From positions 74,863 through 138,862 of IMG/VR virus record IMGVR_UViG_3300035703_000021: a stretch of 64,000 bases of DNA. One strand, 5' to 3'. The position numbers were made by a program, and so were the translations under genes. Positions within the stretch are counted from its first letter, which is position 1; each line of letters starts with the position of its first letter. Under the pieces are notes generated by a model. That model saw only the letters and a program-made list of their open reading frames with translations, did not search any database and was not told the origin of the DNA. This DNA is from a virus. Shown one piece after another: positions 1-10,658 of this stretch.

Positions 1-1
1 T

Positions 2-1312
2 AGGCCGGAGTGGTGGAAAGTGAGTGAAGGCCACTCCTACAACAACCAGCAGTTGCCTTCGTCGAGCAACGACCCTCTGGACGGATTCGTACGTAATTCA
101 TTTAAGAGCGTTCTGAAGTCAGACGCGCCAGGCGTCGGGCTTTACGGAAACGGAGGCAGCCCAGTCACGTATACCTCGCGCCCGAATATGATCCTGGGCG
201 AGGCTCGGTTTGGTGTTACAGATACGTTAGGGTCCAATTACATCGGTGTTCGGATCGTTCCTAATCTTCTCGGGGAGGGCGGAAAGTTCACTATTAACGC
301 TCTGCCTGTTAATAATGCTACCTTTACCGACTCAACGCTTCTGGGCCAGAATGACCTTGGAGGTGGCTCTAATCACCTTACTTTCGCGGGGGATAAGCTT
401 AATCCTAGGGTGATGCAGGTCTACCTATGGACCAACCCGACCATACCTTCAACTTCTACGTACAATAAGTACTTTCTTCACATCAATCTTACTAACGTAA
501 CGCAGTCAGATAACCCAGTTACTTACGGACTACCACCATTCAGCAGCAATGAGTGGTTGTCTCCTATCACGATCATGGGCACCAGAGTGGCTAGTGATTC
601 GGCATTTACAACGCCGTCGAATTTTGTCTCGCCCCTACCTCTCACGGCGGAGAAGATCACTCTTGGAGCGTACGATCTTCTAGCGTTCTCCGTGAATCTT
701 TCGTCTATCCTCGTCGGTGGTGGAGAGGTGAATCAATTTTCAGGTAAGTACCTTCAGTTTTTCACTGAAGACGACCTTGCGTTCCAGTACTCCAGAGTGG
801 ATACAGGGGAGTCGCTTTCGTTCGCTGACGTTCTAAAGCTAACTTACACGGGCACTGCACCTAACTACGTATTTCAAGGAGCGAGCAGCGAGATCCCCAG
901 ACCACCATCCGACCGCGTTACTCCGTTTGGATTCGATAAATCTCAATTCAGCACCGGACTGTGCTATCCTCCATACAGTATCGGCAATCCGCTGCTCAGT
1001 AGCGTTGCGATAGAGGACACTCCTCTGTACACAACTCCCAGCGGCAATTACGACGTGTTCTGGGGAGATCCTACCAAGTCGGGTCTGGGAGGTAATACCC
1101 TAACACTTACGGAGAAGATCGAGTTTCAGAGCGCCGACGCCACGGGCATCGAAACGCTCAGCTCTCCTCCGACCGTGCTGTACTCCCAGTACACTCACAG
1201 ACTGAAGATAGACTCCCCGCTCCAGGGTTCCTTCGACGAGGACGTGCTGGAGCACATCGGCAACGGTGAGAAGGTTAAGGAGTCCTACTACGCCTACGTT
1301 CAGCTGGCCTAA
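2..1312 (+). CDS. Virion structural protein, C-terminal part (5' truncated by window edge)
   Basis: Frame is open from position 2 (RPEWWKVSE...), so the GTG at 20 is probably not the true start; S/T/G/P-rich composition like the neighbouring virion genes. Confidence 0.6.
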   Translation, partial: RPEWWKVSEGHSYNNQQLPSSSNDPLDGFVRNSFKSVLKSDAPGVGLYGNGGSPVTYTSRPNMILGEARFGVTDTLGSNYIGVRIVPNLLGEGGKFTINALPVNNATFTDSTLLGQNDLGGGSNHLTFAGDKLNPRVMQVYLWTNPTIPSTSTYNKYFLHINLTNVTQSDNPVTYGLPPFSSNEWLSPITIMGTRVASDSAFTTPSNFVSPLPLTAEKITLGAYDLLAFSVNLSSILVGGGEVNQFSGKYLQFFTEDDLAFQYSRVDTGESLSFADVLKLTYTGTAPNYVFQGASSEIPRPPSDRVTPFGFDKSQFSTGLCYPPYSIGNPLLSSVAIEDTPLYTTPSGNYDVFWGDPTKSGLGGNTLTLTEKIEFQSADATGIETLSSPPTVLYSQYTHRLKIDSPLQGSFDEDVLEHIGNGEKVKESYYAYVQLA

Positions 1313-2982
1313 ATGGCCAGCATTTTCGCATCCTTGATTGTCGTACCTTCCATATAGGAGAAGAGAGGCCACAGTTTCAGTTGAGCCGTCAGGCTGTCCA
1401 CTGTCAGGGTCCTGTGGAACACGAATCCACCGGCCCCGGCCGTTGAGGATATATTCTGGATCAGAGTGGAGATCTGCGTATTGAATCCTCTGATTGAGGC
1501 TGTGGTTAACGGCTCACCTGGCTTATAGTAGGATGCACTTACGGAGTACTTGTAGGCTCCGGATTCCGCCAGCGCGGCTCCGGAGATGTTATAAATTGCC
1601 GGACTGAGATACAACCTGCCGTTCTGGCTCATGAACGCCTTGTCGTCGGAACTGAATGCTCTCTGATACTTCTCTCCGGTCCACAGCCAGATTCCTGGCA
1701 CGGCCTGACCGCTAAGAGTGACCTGACCGGGTTGGCTAAGTGAGGCCAGAGCGAAGAAGTCTACGGACGACTGGTCCAGCACTCCGTCCGGGTCCCTGAA
1801 CACCATTCTGTGTTCCGTGGAGATATTTCGTCCTTCGATGATATTGTACTTAGAACCCAAGTTGTTTGTCTTGTCAAATTCCGTCTTCTGCACACGTTTG
1901 TTCTGAATGAAGTACTTGAATCCGTCCCTTAGCGTCTCAGTGGCGCCTGAGAGGTTTCTTAGGCTGCCGCTAATGTCCTCGGCGGACTCGTAACCGTCTT
2001 CGTACGACCAGAAGAAGGACCGACCGTTGAGATTGTAGAGCTGGATCAGGTTATCTGATGAGATCTGGTCCTGTCTCTTGAGTACAAGGGAGGGTGATGG
2101 AGCCGGGTTTATAACCTGCGCGGTGTCGTAGGCCAGGCCAAGATACACGTACTTGGAAGTTTTGTCGTCGAATAGGAAGAACCCATCCCTGTCCGCGAAC
2201 TTCACTCGGTAGGTGTACCTCTCGTTCTTTAGCAAGGCTTTTGTGGACACCTCACCGTTGGCGTAGCTATCATGATACAGGGCGTTACCGGAGTAGTTAA
2301 AGCACTTATCCTCGGCCGGGTCTTCGTAGGATTCGCACGACGGTAGAAGCTCTAGGGCCTCACCGGCTATGTACTTACTACCGCCCGAGACTATATCGAA
2401 GGTGGAGGTGCGGCTTATGGTCCCGTCGGAGTTAACCGTAACAGTCACCACCGCGTCCTTAGATCCAGACTCCCTACCCACTACGCGGGCATTGACTGTT
2501 GCCGGGAGGGTCACAGCCACGCCATTGGCGTCTTTCACGGAGTACTGCTCGCCCGAACCGAGCACACTAACAGCGACGATGGAGCCATTGACTGAGGACT
2601 TAATTGGAGCACCAACGCTTAGCTCAGCACCACTACGTAGATCCAGAGCTACGGGGAATTTATCAAACCAGACTCTGTTCTCGTCGGAGAACGTGTACAG
2701 CGCTTGCACTAGGCTATCGGCCCCGCTTCCCAGCTTTCCCTGCGTGATGAATTTGGTTCTGAGCGACACGACTCCCGCGGAGTCTGCCAGAGGTTCGTTG
2801 ATAAGCCCGTAGATCTGATTGTCGGACTGCGTGCTTGGGGAGTACACAGCGGACTCCAATCTGCTCGCGAACGCGAACAGCAGAAGATCCTGGTGTACCT
2901 GCGGAGCGTATAGCTTCTGGAGCGCGTCCGTGGCATTCAAGCCCGCCTCGGATAGGTTATTTCTGGTATAGAGTCCTGACAT
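1309..2982 (-). CDS. Putative virion/baseplate-associated structural protein (557 aa)
   Basis: Long ORF at end of the structural operon; N-terminal 'NNLSE...ALQKL' resembles the 'NLSE...ALRNI' start of the upstream gene; 'SIVAVSVLGSGEQY' and 'IVSGGSKY' wedge-like repeats. Confidence 0.6.
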   Translation of the reverse strand: MSGLYTRNNLSEAGLNATDALQKLYAPQVHQDLLLFAFASRLESAVYSPSTQSDNQIYGLINEPLADSAGVVSLRTKFITQGKLGSGADSLVQALYTFSDENRVWFDKFPVALDLRSGAELSVGAPIKSSVNGSIVAVSVLGSGEQYSVKDANGVAVTLPATVNARVVGRESGSKDAVVTVTVNSDGTISRTSTFDIVSGGSKYIAGEALELLPSCESYEDPAEDKCFNYSGNALYHDSYANGEVSTKALLKNERYTYRVKFADRDGFFLFDDKTSKYVYLGLAYDTAQVINPAPSPSLVLKRQDQISSDNLIQLYNLNGRSFFWSYEDGYESAEDISGSLRNLSGATETLRDGFKYFIQNKRVQKTEFDKTNNLGSKYNIIEGRNISTEHRMVFRDPDGVLDQSSVDFFALASLSQPGQVTLSGQAVPGIWLWTGEKYQRAFSSDDKAFMSQNGRLYLSPAIYNISGAALAESGAYKYSVSASYYKPGEPLTTASIRGFNTQISTLIQNISSTAGAGGFVFHRTLTVDSLTAQLKLWPLFSYMEGTTIKDAKMLAI

Positions 2983-2991
2983 AGTGATCTT

Positions 2992-5900
2992 TTAGTTGAG
3001 TCTTAGGATCTGGTTGGAAGCGTTTCTCCAGCAGATTCCGCTGATGCCGGATGGGCAGGAGGCGAGGGAGGTTAGGCCCGAGTCCGTGATCGACTGGTTT
3101 CGAGTCGTAACAACCTCGTAAGTTGTTGATACTGTCGTCGGGGATGTAAGTGGGGCCACGTAGGTAAATCCCATATCAAACCTGATGCCGGACAGGTTTC
3201 TGAACTTAGTGCCCAGTGGGCTCTCAGTTACTATCTGTGTTTTGTTCCTCTGTATCTTGTGATAAGCTCCGTTCACGAAGGCTCCTGGAACCTGCCTTGT
3301 TGTCGTACCGGCAGCCACCAGCTTGGTTTCGGAAGCACCGGCTTCATTTGTAACGGTGACCTGATTGAATACGTCAAGTGTCTCCGATCTGAAAAGCGAA
3401 GTAACCACGTCCGGGCCGGGGGCAACTGTGGTGGGAAAGATCTCCTGCTGCGTATAGTTAGAGTACTTGCCAGCCGAAGAGAGCTTGTTTCCCGAGAGTC
3501 TCACTAAGCAGTTAGTGAATCTCCGCAGTTTATCTATATCAACAACCTGGGATATGAGTCTCTGCACCACGGAGACGGGAAGGTTGTTCTCTGACAGATC
3601 CACGGTTATCTTCCTGGAGCCACCAGAGAAGATTTTTGATAGCGTCGAGGAAGAGCAGTCCGTGAGCATATTCCTACCAAAATCCACCGCGGAGTACGAG
3701 TCGTCAGCCACCTTGCCGAATCCGTTTCTGATATCCAGAGTCCCAGAGAGCCTGCAGTTTCTTGCTCTGAACCTCGATACTTCCGAGAACCCTGACTTGA
3801 ACCACCCGGAGATGTCAACAGTATTTCTGGTGAATACGAGAGTGCTGGATAGCGGATCAGGAATATTGCTGCTGATGGTCACGGTTGTATCTGTCACCGA
3901 GAGCACTCTGGCCAGCTCCGGCCCCGTGGCACTGGCCCTCACGGAGTCATTTACCAGCACCTTCTGCCTCATCGCTGAGCCACCGGTCAGTGTGAATACG
4001 GCATCATCCGGATCGGCGCTCGAGGCCGGAATAGCTCTGGAGATGCTCAGGCCACTTACCGACGTGCCCGAATGCGAACCGGATACGCAAGCGTCTCTCA
4101 ACTCCGGTACTCCCCAGTCGCTTCTGTAAACACTCTCAAGGCAGTTATTCACATCCACCACCTGAACTTCCGTAGTTGATGTGCCCTCGAAATCGGGAGG
4201 AAGGGCCCCTCCGTTCTCCGCGTTGCAACTCCAGGCGACTACGGAAACGATATCGCGGGCAAAGTAGAAATTGGACGGGGCGATAGACAGCGTTCTGAGG
4301 TCGTAGAAATCCGACCGGTTAATGTCCACTCCGATCTGCTTTCTGTCCGTCTCGTAAAGTCTCGTGGTTGGGAAGATGGGGAATCTTCCGGTCAGTCTAC
4401 TGGCCACAGATTCAAATGATGTCAGGCTGTACAGATTCTTCAAGTCGTTCTTCCTGAATCTATATGCCGGACCGAAGTACCCTATCGAGAATCCTGTGAG
4501 CTTGTGCTCGGCTCCTAAAGCCCGGTCGGGAGCAAAATTACCGGGAAGAAGGAAGCTTACACCGTTATCCACAATCGCGGACAGACTATTGCATCTCCCA
4601 ATGCTTATAGCGACGAGGTTTCCGGTCTCAGTGGCCGGATTACTACCGAGCGAGGGCATGACCCCCGTGGTGTTAGATTCGTACAGGTAGAGACCCGTTA
4701 GCTTCGGTGCCCTGAGAGCCGAGGACACATTGTCGAACTTAGCGCCGCCGGAGAACGACGCGTCAAGAGACGTAAGAGAACTCCACTGTCCGGACTGAAG
4801 ATTGATTGAGACACCCGTTCTGTTGATATCGATGGAGACGGTGTTCAGCAGCCAAGTGCTCCAGCTGGTGTCCGATGGGTTATTGATGTAACCAACGATA
4901 TTGTGATGCTGCCCGTACCTTCCTCCAACATTAAATGATCTCATCAAGTACCGTGATACGTGATTACTGTTGGTATGGTCGGCTGAAGTTCCGACGTTCG
5001 AGATATTCCCCTCCGCCCCTGAGCCGTAGATGTTGTAATCGATCAGAAAGCCGTTATTTTTGATCCTAGGAAGACTACCGAACAGGTATCTGTAAAGCCG
5101 GTCTGGATCGAAGTTAGACCAGTCAAGAGACCTCAGATTCGGGAACACATCGTCGAATCTAGGGCTTCTGCCATAGAATCGGTCCCCTAGCCTAAGTGAC
5201 TCCATCGCTGAGAACTCCCTGAAGTCGGTTCCAGCGACCCGGCTCTCGTTGCGAATGTACTTTCTGAATATCGGATCCGACCAGTCATTGCCGTCCTCGT
5301 TGAGGAATACGCCTTTCTTAGGAACGGTTAAGTAGCTGATTCCGGTGTACAGCTGGCCAAACCCAGTTGCAACTGCCGAGGAATCTCGTATATCAAACCA
5401 TCCCATCGGCCCGCTTCTCCAGACGTCTCCGGAGTTGCCTAGATCCAGGACTCTCAGCTTATTCTTTAGGGTCTTAAGCCACAGCGGAAGGATCGTTATC
5501 GATCCCTCGGACATTCTAAAGACCTCGAGGTTGTTAAATCCAATGAGTCCTAAGTCCTTGCGATCGGGGAACTCCTTCACGTCTATGCCGGAAAACTCCA
5601 GCCCCTTAACCTTCTCGGGGTTTACGTAGATGTACAGGTACAGATCGTAGAGATTCTGGTATCCGGTTTTTGTGATGTCTAGGTTCAGAGTGTATGTCAG
5701 CGATCCCTCTTGCTGACTTGCCGACGAAACCGGCAGGAACTCCACCGGCGCGGCGTTAGGACGGGCTTGGGCCGGCTGGATCTGGAATCCGTAGAAGTAC
5801 GGAGCGTTAGCGTCGGTAAACGTAAACGTGATAGAGCCTGTGGCCATACGGCAGAATATTCTCAGTGGCGTATTCTTGGTGGCCAAAAGCCTAACGGGTG

Positions 5901-6582
5901 CGCTTGTTCCCGTGTTGCCGTTATCTATGTCAACTCTGAGCGCGTGGGTGGGGGACTCAGCAACATCGGACTTCTTGAGAAAGTTTGTCTTGGGGATGAA
6001 GATTCGATTAACATGCGAGCGTTTACGAACTCTAATGCTCCCCGAGTACTTCGCGCTCTTAAAATACCCAACGTTGGTCGTATCCATCTCGGCGTTGAAC
6101 AGGCTAGCGCGGGATGTGGACATCGCTACGGTTTGCCTTACAGGACTACCGAATAGGCTTTCGCCGATCGTGTTCGCCTTGTAATTAACTCCCTCGCACT
6201 GCAGGGATCCGTTATAAATGATTACGTTGGAGGTTTTCACCTGGGGCGAACCCACCCCACCGAGCGGATACTCGGGGGAGTAAAAGTCCTTATTAACGTA
6301 CAAGCTCGTGGGTATTCTGTCTAAGAATACCTCCGTAAGCTGGTTCAGCGACGGAAGAAGCAACTTTTCCAGGCCAGAAGCCGATCTCAGGTCCTCTGCG
6401 GAATTGAGTTTTGTGTGAAGTCCGTACAGCGAATCGAGAATCTCAGGTTTGATCTGAATGTTTCTCAGAGCGCTTCGCTTATCTGACTCAAAAATCTCCG
6501 ACAGGTTCTGAAAGCTATCGGAGATAAGGCCGATACTCGGTCTAGAAAACTGCCCAAAACCTAGAAAAGATGACTCACTCAT
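2992..6582 (-). CDS. Large leucine-rich-repeat virion-associated protein (1196 aa)
   Basis: Repeated LxxLxLxxN-type units: KLRVLDLGNS, NLRSLDWSN, SLTSLDASFS, KLTGLYLYESN, FRARNCRLSGTL, VDLSENNLP, VRLSGNKLS. Confidence 0.65.
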   Translation of the reverse strand: MSESSFLGFGQFSRPSIGLISDSFQNLSEIFESDKRSALRNIQIKPEILDSLYGLHTKLNSAEDLRSASGLEKLLLPSLNQLTEVFLDRIPTSLYVNKDFYSPEYPLGGVGSPQVKTSNVIIYNGSLQCEGVNYKANTIGESLFGSPVRQTVAMSTSRASLFNAEMDTTNVGYFKSAKYSGSIRVRKRSHVNRIFIPKTNFLKKSDVAESPTHALRVDIDNGNTGTSAPVRLLATKNTPLRIFCRMATGSITFTFTDANAPYFYGFQIQPAQARPNAAPVEFLPVSSASQQEGSLTYTLNLDITKTGYQNLYDLYLYIYVNPEKVKGLEFSGIDVKEFPDRKDLGLIGFNNLEVFRMSEGSITILPLWLKTLKNKLRVLDLGNSGDVWRSGPMGWFDIRDSSAVATGFGQLYTGISYLTVPKKGVFLNEDGNDWSDPIFRKYIRNESRVAGTDFREFSAMESLRLGDRFYGRSPRFDDVFPNLRSLDWSNFDPDRLYRYLFGSLPRIKNNGFLIDYNIYGSGAEGNISNVGTSADHTNSNHVSRYLMRSFNVGGRYGQHHNIVGYINNPSDTSWSTWLLNTVSIDINRTGVSINLQSGQWSSLTSLDASFSGGAKFDNVSSALRAPKLTGLYLYESNTTGVMPSLGSNPATETGNLVAISIGRCNSLSAIVDNGVSFLLPGNFAPDRALGAEHKLTGFSIGYFGPAYRFRKNDLKNLYSLTSFESVASRLTGRFPIFPTTRLYETDRKQIGVDINRSDFYDLRTLSIAPSNFYFARDIVSVVAWSCNAENGGALPPDFEGTSTTEVQVVDVNNCLESVYRSDWGVPELRDACVSGSHSGTSVSGLSISRAIPASSADPDDAVFTLTGGSAMRQKVLVNDSVRASATGPELARVLSVTDTTVTISSNIPDPLSSTLVFTRNTVDISGWFKSGFSEVSRFRARNCRLSGTLDIRNGFGKVADDSYSAVDFGRNMLTDCSSSTLSKIFSGGSRKITVDLSENNLPVSVVQRLISQVVDIDKLRRFTNCLVRLSGNKLSSAGKYSNYTQQEIFPTTVAPGPDVVTSLFRSETLDVFNQVTVTNEAGASETKLVAAGTTTRQVPGAFVNGAYHKIQRNKTQIVTESPLGTKFRNLSGIRFDMGFTYVAPLTSPTTVSTTYEVVTTRNQSITDSGLTSLASCPSGISGICWRNASNQILRLN

Positions 6583-6620
6583 CTGCTTGTATTCCGTTAC
6601 TAGTTAACTTTCAACAAGAC

Positions 6621-9600
6621 TTACTGCTCACTGTAATTCAGCGACATGTAAATCTCGTTATTTGTCTCGTCGTGATTGCCCAGGGCCCTCGCGATGAAGA
6701 AGGTCGCTAGGTTGCCATCATCCTCGTTGACAATGCTTTCGGCCGAAACATTGAACACGGTGTTCAGATCTATCTCAGTTGGGGTGTTGGCGGAGACGTA
6801 GTAAGTGGCAAGAGGAGTACCCTGGTTGCTTGTTAGCCATCTGATGGGGTAGTCGGAAGCTGTGAAGATACCCGCCGAGTTTACGCCTCCAGGTGACAGG
6901 AAGCTTCCGCACTTCTTAGGAGATGTGTGGATGGACTTGTAGGTGTCCAGATTGGCCTCGCTCGCGTTCACCGTGGGCGCTGTGGATTTACCCAGGCTGT
7001 CGATGTGAGTGTAGGAGCTGATCACTTTCACCGGGCCGCCGGCCTGAGGGTTCGATGACCATTCACTGTGGAAATCGGTTTGGTCATCGGAGATGGAGAC
7101 GGTGCTTCTGTGCGGGCTGAATGGCTCGACTTTGACACCATTGGGGGTCTTCTGCCCGATCCATACCCCACCCAGAGATGCCCCCTGTCTGCCCTGGATA
7201 AATACGCGGATGAACGGTACGTTCCCCGGAGCGATCTTGGATACGAGAATCTGACGGACTTCAGACTTCTTGTTCATGGTGGCGATGTAGACGATGTTGT
7301 AAGATACGTCCACAGTGCCTGTAAAGATTCCGCCTGGCAACGAGGTGCCAATGGGCAGAAGGTACTGAGTCACTTCTCCAACGGTCCTGACGATACCGCC
7401 ACTCGTTACGCTATTGACCGAAACCCCACTCTGGACTATAGTAACAGTGAACGTATCAGTTCCCAGGTTAGGCCACGGGCCCGATGGGTCACTGACATAG
7501 TACTGGATGGTTCCCGGCGCTTCCGGGTCTTCCTCGGAGATAATCGTAACGTTCTCCCGGAGTTCTCTTCCAGCTTTACAGTACAGTCCTCTGCACAGTC
7601 CTCCCTCTGTCCCTGGGACGCTCAATCGACTATCGAAGTAGTCGATATCGGTAAAGTAATAGTTCTGGTACTCTCCTACTTCCAAGTTGTAGGTGTCCGT
7701 AGCGACAGTGGGACTCGTCTCCATGTACAGAGTATTGTTCGCGTAGGTGGCGGAGGTGAAATCGTACGGTAGGCCCTCGTAGAAAGTTTGGCCGTCGTAG
7801 GATGCGTTAGCTTGGATTCCCCAGTTAGGACCGGAGTTATCCTCGTGCAGAGGATCCCCAGGAGTCGTGCTTGGCCACACGAACCCTACTCTAAAAGAGG
7901 AGGCGTGGGACCCATCACCTAGCCCGGAGAGCTCGCCTCCGACCCAGTACACGTAGAATTCGCTGCTTAGAACGTCGATAGTACTCAGAAGGATCTGATC
8001 ACGTCTGAAGTAGTCGAACTCGATGTCGTAACCCGTCTCATACGGAGAGACGGGGGCGTACGTGAACGGTAGGTAGACCTTATCCGCTGTTGGGAGCGGT
8101 TTTCTGCTTGACAGGTACTCACTGCTCTGACCATCTCTCTGCAGTTTGAGAGCGACCGTATTGGGAACACTGAAATCCTTCTGGGAGGCGGGGAACAGGC
8201 CGTAGAGGTCATCCCCGATGATCCTGATCGCTTGGTTGCCTATAACCGACCAGTTGGATTGGATGGTAGGGTTTCTGAAGTCTCCTGATGAAGCTTGGCT
8301 GTAGGCCGCGACTGCGGTGTGAGTCGAAGCGTTATCCTCGGAGATACCCAGGGCCGGGAAGTTCAGCTCGTAGTACGGGCTGATCGCGAACTTACCTTTG
8401 AGCCTTCTTTGCTCTGGCAACGGATTCCAGACGTACCCTTCCTGGTGCGAGTAGGCCCACTCGGGACATCCTTTCTGCCTGACGATCTTAACCTCGCAAT
8501 CACGCTGGCTGTGCACAAAAAGGTTCTGAGGAAATATCTCCTTCTTGTTGTAGAGTTCCGTTCCGAACCTATTCACTAGGAGCTGGCGAGGCTTAACGCC
8601 CATCACCGTCGTCCAGTCGATTGCATTGAGTCGAGTTTTGGACTGGGAGAACCCGGGGTTGGGAAGGTTTCTGACCTTGGACTGGGCGTTGAGGCTGTAC
8701 AGAGTACCCTCGTCGTATCCATCAATATAGTATGATGCTCCGAACTTATTAACGTACTGATCAACTCTAATGGCGGAGGAGTCCTGGACTTTGAGTCTGT
8801 ACTTGAAATAAAAGAACGGATCTGCTAAGCAGGGCTGACCGAGTTGGTTCTCGATGACGAGAGTGTGCATCGTCACCCATCTACACTCGTTATTCTCCAC
8901 CGGAACGTACGCGTAGAACCTGGCCCCAATGGCTCCGTACCATCCGAACTCGATCTTGTACATGGTTACGGTGTCCGGATTGAGCAGGTAACCTGTCTCG
9001 CCCTCGCCGCTGAGGGAGTCCCCGTTCATTATCTTCTGCTCGATAACGGTCTCGTACTGAACTTTGCCGTTTCTAACTATCGTTTTTGTATTCTCTGCGT
9101 ACTCAGCCTCGCTGAGAAACTGCGTATCCTCCAGGGGAACGGTGGATCTTCTCACGATGGAGAAGAGGGCGCCATTGGCGAGCCTGAACATGTAGGAGTC
9201 GGTATCGTTTTCCACTCCGAACTCCAGGATGGTTCCGGGTCCAGCTCCGATCTCGCTTACTTTAACACCGTAGGTGAAACCGCTGATCCGACCCGGCTGG
9301 TAACGGAAAGCCCTGATGGACTTCAGAGTTATCTCGGAGTACACTCCTTGGACTCCGCCAATTCTATTACCGTTTGTGGGAAGGTCGATCTGCTCCCCAA
9401 ACGCTTGGGACGGCCACGCGTTTGTAAAGGTGTTGTTATTTCGATCAGCCACAGTGGGTGTGTCTAGCACAAAATAGGGAAGCTTCAGGTCTCTCTCGAG
9501 CTGGGTTACAGTGGACTGGTTCTTGTGAATCGTGAACTCCCAGTCCTTAAGGTCCTGACGGATCTCACTCCACCGGAGTCCGTGATACTTTTCCCAGAGT

Positions 9601-10655
9601 TCCGCGATGGGATTTGTTTTGATTCGGAAGTGCCCGCGATCCTCCGCACGGCCCTCAGGGTAGTATACGCGAGTGGTGCCGAAGAAGAAGCTATCCCATG
9701 TTGCGCTGAGATTACCCGGAAGGTTGATATTAGCTTCTGTGATAAATACGTTTGAGGTCCCCCACAGAGAGGCTACGGATCTCCAGTTCTCTATTTCCGC
9801 GATGTTGAAGTTGTACGCGCGGCCGCTGGGAATGATGGGGTAGTTGGTTGCGGAGCCGAAACGCAACTGCTGGATATCCAGCCAAAGCTTATCCCAGTAC
9901 AGCTCATTGAAGGAGAAAGTTCCGTCTCCGTTGTCGATAGGAGGATACTTGCCGAGAGTCGGCAGAAGGTTGAACTCTCCCCACTGATTAGGCGTGAACT
10001 CATTAACCATGTACCTGAATAGGTACAGCGCGACCACGCTGTTGATATACTGCCCCCAGGTGGTGTATCTTTCCGCTCCGCCAGGATTCACAAGTTGGTC
10101 CTGGATCGAAGGTCTTGGGGGCTCTAGGAACGGTGTAGGATTCGCGGATAAAACAATGGCGGAATTTTTACTATCCTCGTTGTACGCTACGGGGTAGTAA
10201 TTACCGGTGGAACTCGGCCTTCTCGTCCACCACCATCTGAATACGTCGTCAGGGTATCCCGCGGAATCGACTCTCCAGTCCTTTGGATCTAAGCCATAGG
10301 ACGATACGTTTCCAAACAATCCCTGCTGAGACGTCTCCCGGTTAACCCCGAGAAGAGACCTGGAGACTTCGCTCTGCTCCGCAAACTGCTCCACCATTGG
10401 CAAAGCCGCCGGATCCCCTTTGCTGAAAGCATTGGCCACGCTCCGGCCGTCATTCTTGTAGGAGTCGGAGTCGAGCACGACGCTAGGCGCCCTGCTCTGA
10501 CCATACTCGCTCCGTCTGTAGGCGTCCTTCTCGGTGACAAGAGGGGCCCCCTGCTCGGTTGTCAGAGGGAAGCCTCTGATGTCGACCATCTGCTTTACGC
10601 TTCGCGTTTTACGCGGTGGCGTTTTATCCGCTCTTAGACTCTTTTTTCTTGCCAT
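6621..10655 (-). CDS. Large virion structural protein, RYQPGR family (1344 aa)
   Basis: Motifs FRYQPGR, MYKIEFGWYGAIGA, KFGASYYIDG shared with the adjacent paralogue. Confidence 0.65.
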   Translation of the reverse strand: MARKKSLRADKTPPRKTRSVKQMVDIRGFPLTTEQGAPLVTEKDAYRRSEYGQSRAPSVVLDSDSYKNDGRSVANAFSKGDPAALPMVEQFAEQSEVSRSLLGVNRETSQQGLFGNVSSYGLDPKDWRVDSAGYPDDVFRWWWTRRPSSTGNYYPVAYNEDSKNSAIVLSANPTPFLEPPRPSIQDQLVNPGGAERYTTWGQYINSVVALYLFRYMVNEFTPNQWGEFNLLPTLGKYPPIDNGDGTFSFNELYWDKLWLDIQQLRFGSATNYPIIPSGRAYNFNIAEIENWRSVASLWGTSNVFITEANINLPGNLSATWDSFFFGTTRVYYPEGRAEDRGHFRIKTNPIAELWEKYHGLRWSEIRQDLKDWEFTIHKNQSTVTQLERDLKLPYFVLDTPTVADRNNNTFTNAWPSQAFGEQIDLPTNGNRIGGVQGVYSEITLKSIRAFRYQPGRISGFTYGVKVSEIGAGPGTILEFGVENDTDSYMFRLANGALFSIVRRSTVPLEDTQFLSEAEYAENTKTIVRNGKVQYETVIEQKIMNGDSLSGEGETGYLLNPDTVTMYKIEFGWYGAIGARFYAYVPVENNECRWVTMHTLVIENQLGQPCLADPFFYFKYRLKVQDSSAIRVDQYVNKFGASYYIDGYDEGTLYSLNAQSKVRNLPNPGFSQSKTRLNAIDWTTVMGVKPRQLLVNRFGTELYNKKEIFPQNLFVHSQRDCEVKIVRQKGCPEWAYSHQEGYVWNPLPEQRRLKGKFAISPYYELNFPALGISEDNASTHTAVAAYSQASSGDFRNPTIQSNWSVIGNQAIRIIGDDLYGLFPASQKDFSVPNTVALKLQRDGQSSEYLSSRKPLPTADKVYLPFTYAPVSPYETGYDIEFDYFRRDQILLSTIDVLSSEFYVYWVGGELSGLGDGSHASSFRVGFVWPSTTPGDPLHEDNSGPNWGIQANASYDGQTFYEGLPYDFTSATYANNTLYMETSPTVATDTYNLEVGEYQNYYFTDIDYFDSRLSVPGTEGGLCRGLYCKAGRELRENVTIISEEDPEAPGTIQYYVSDPSGPWPNLGTDTFTVTIVQSGVSVNSVTSGGIVRTVGEVTQYLLPIGTSLPGGIFTGTVDVSYNIVYIATMNKKSEVRQILVSKIAPGNVPFIRVFIQGRQGASLGGVWIGQKTPNGVKVEPFSPHRSTVSISDDQTDFHSEWSSNPQAGGPVKVISSYTHIDSLGKSTAPTVNASEANLDTYKSIHTSPKKCGSFLSPGGVNSAGIFTASDYPIRWLTSNQGTPLATYYVSANTPTEIDLNTVFNVSAESIVNEDDGNLATFFIARALGNHDETNNEIYMSLNYSEQ

Positions 10656-10658
10656 AAA

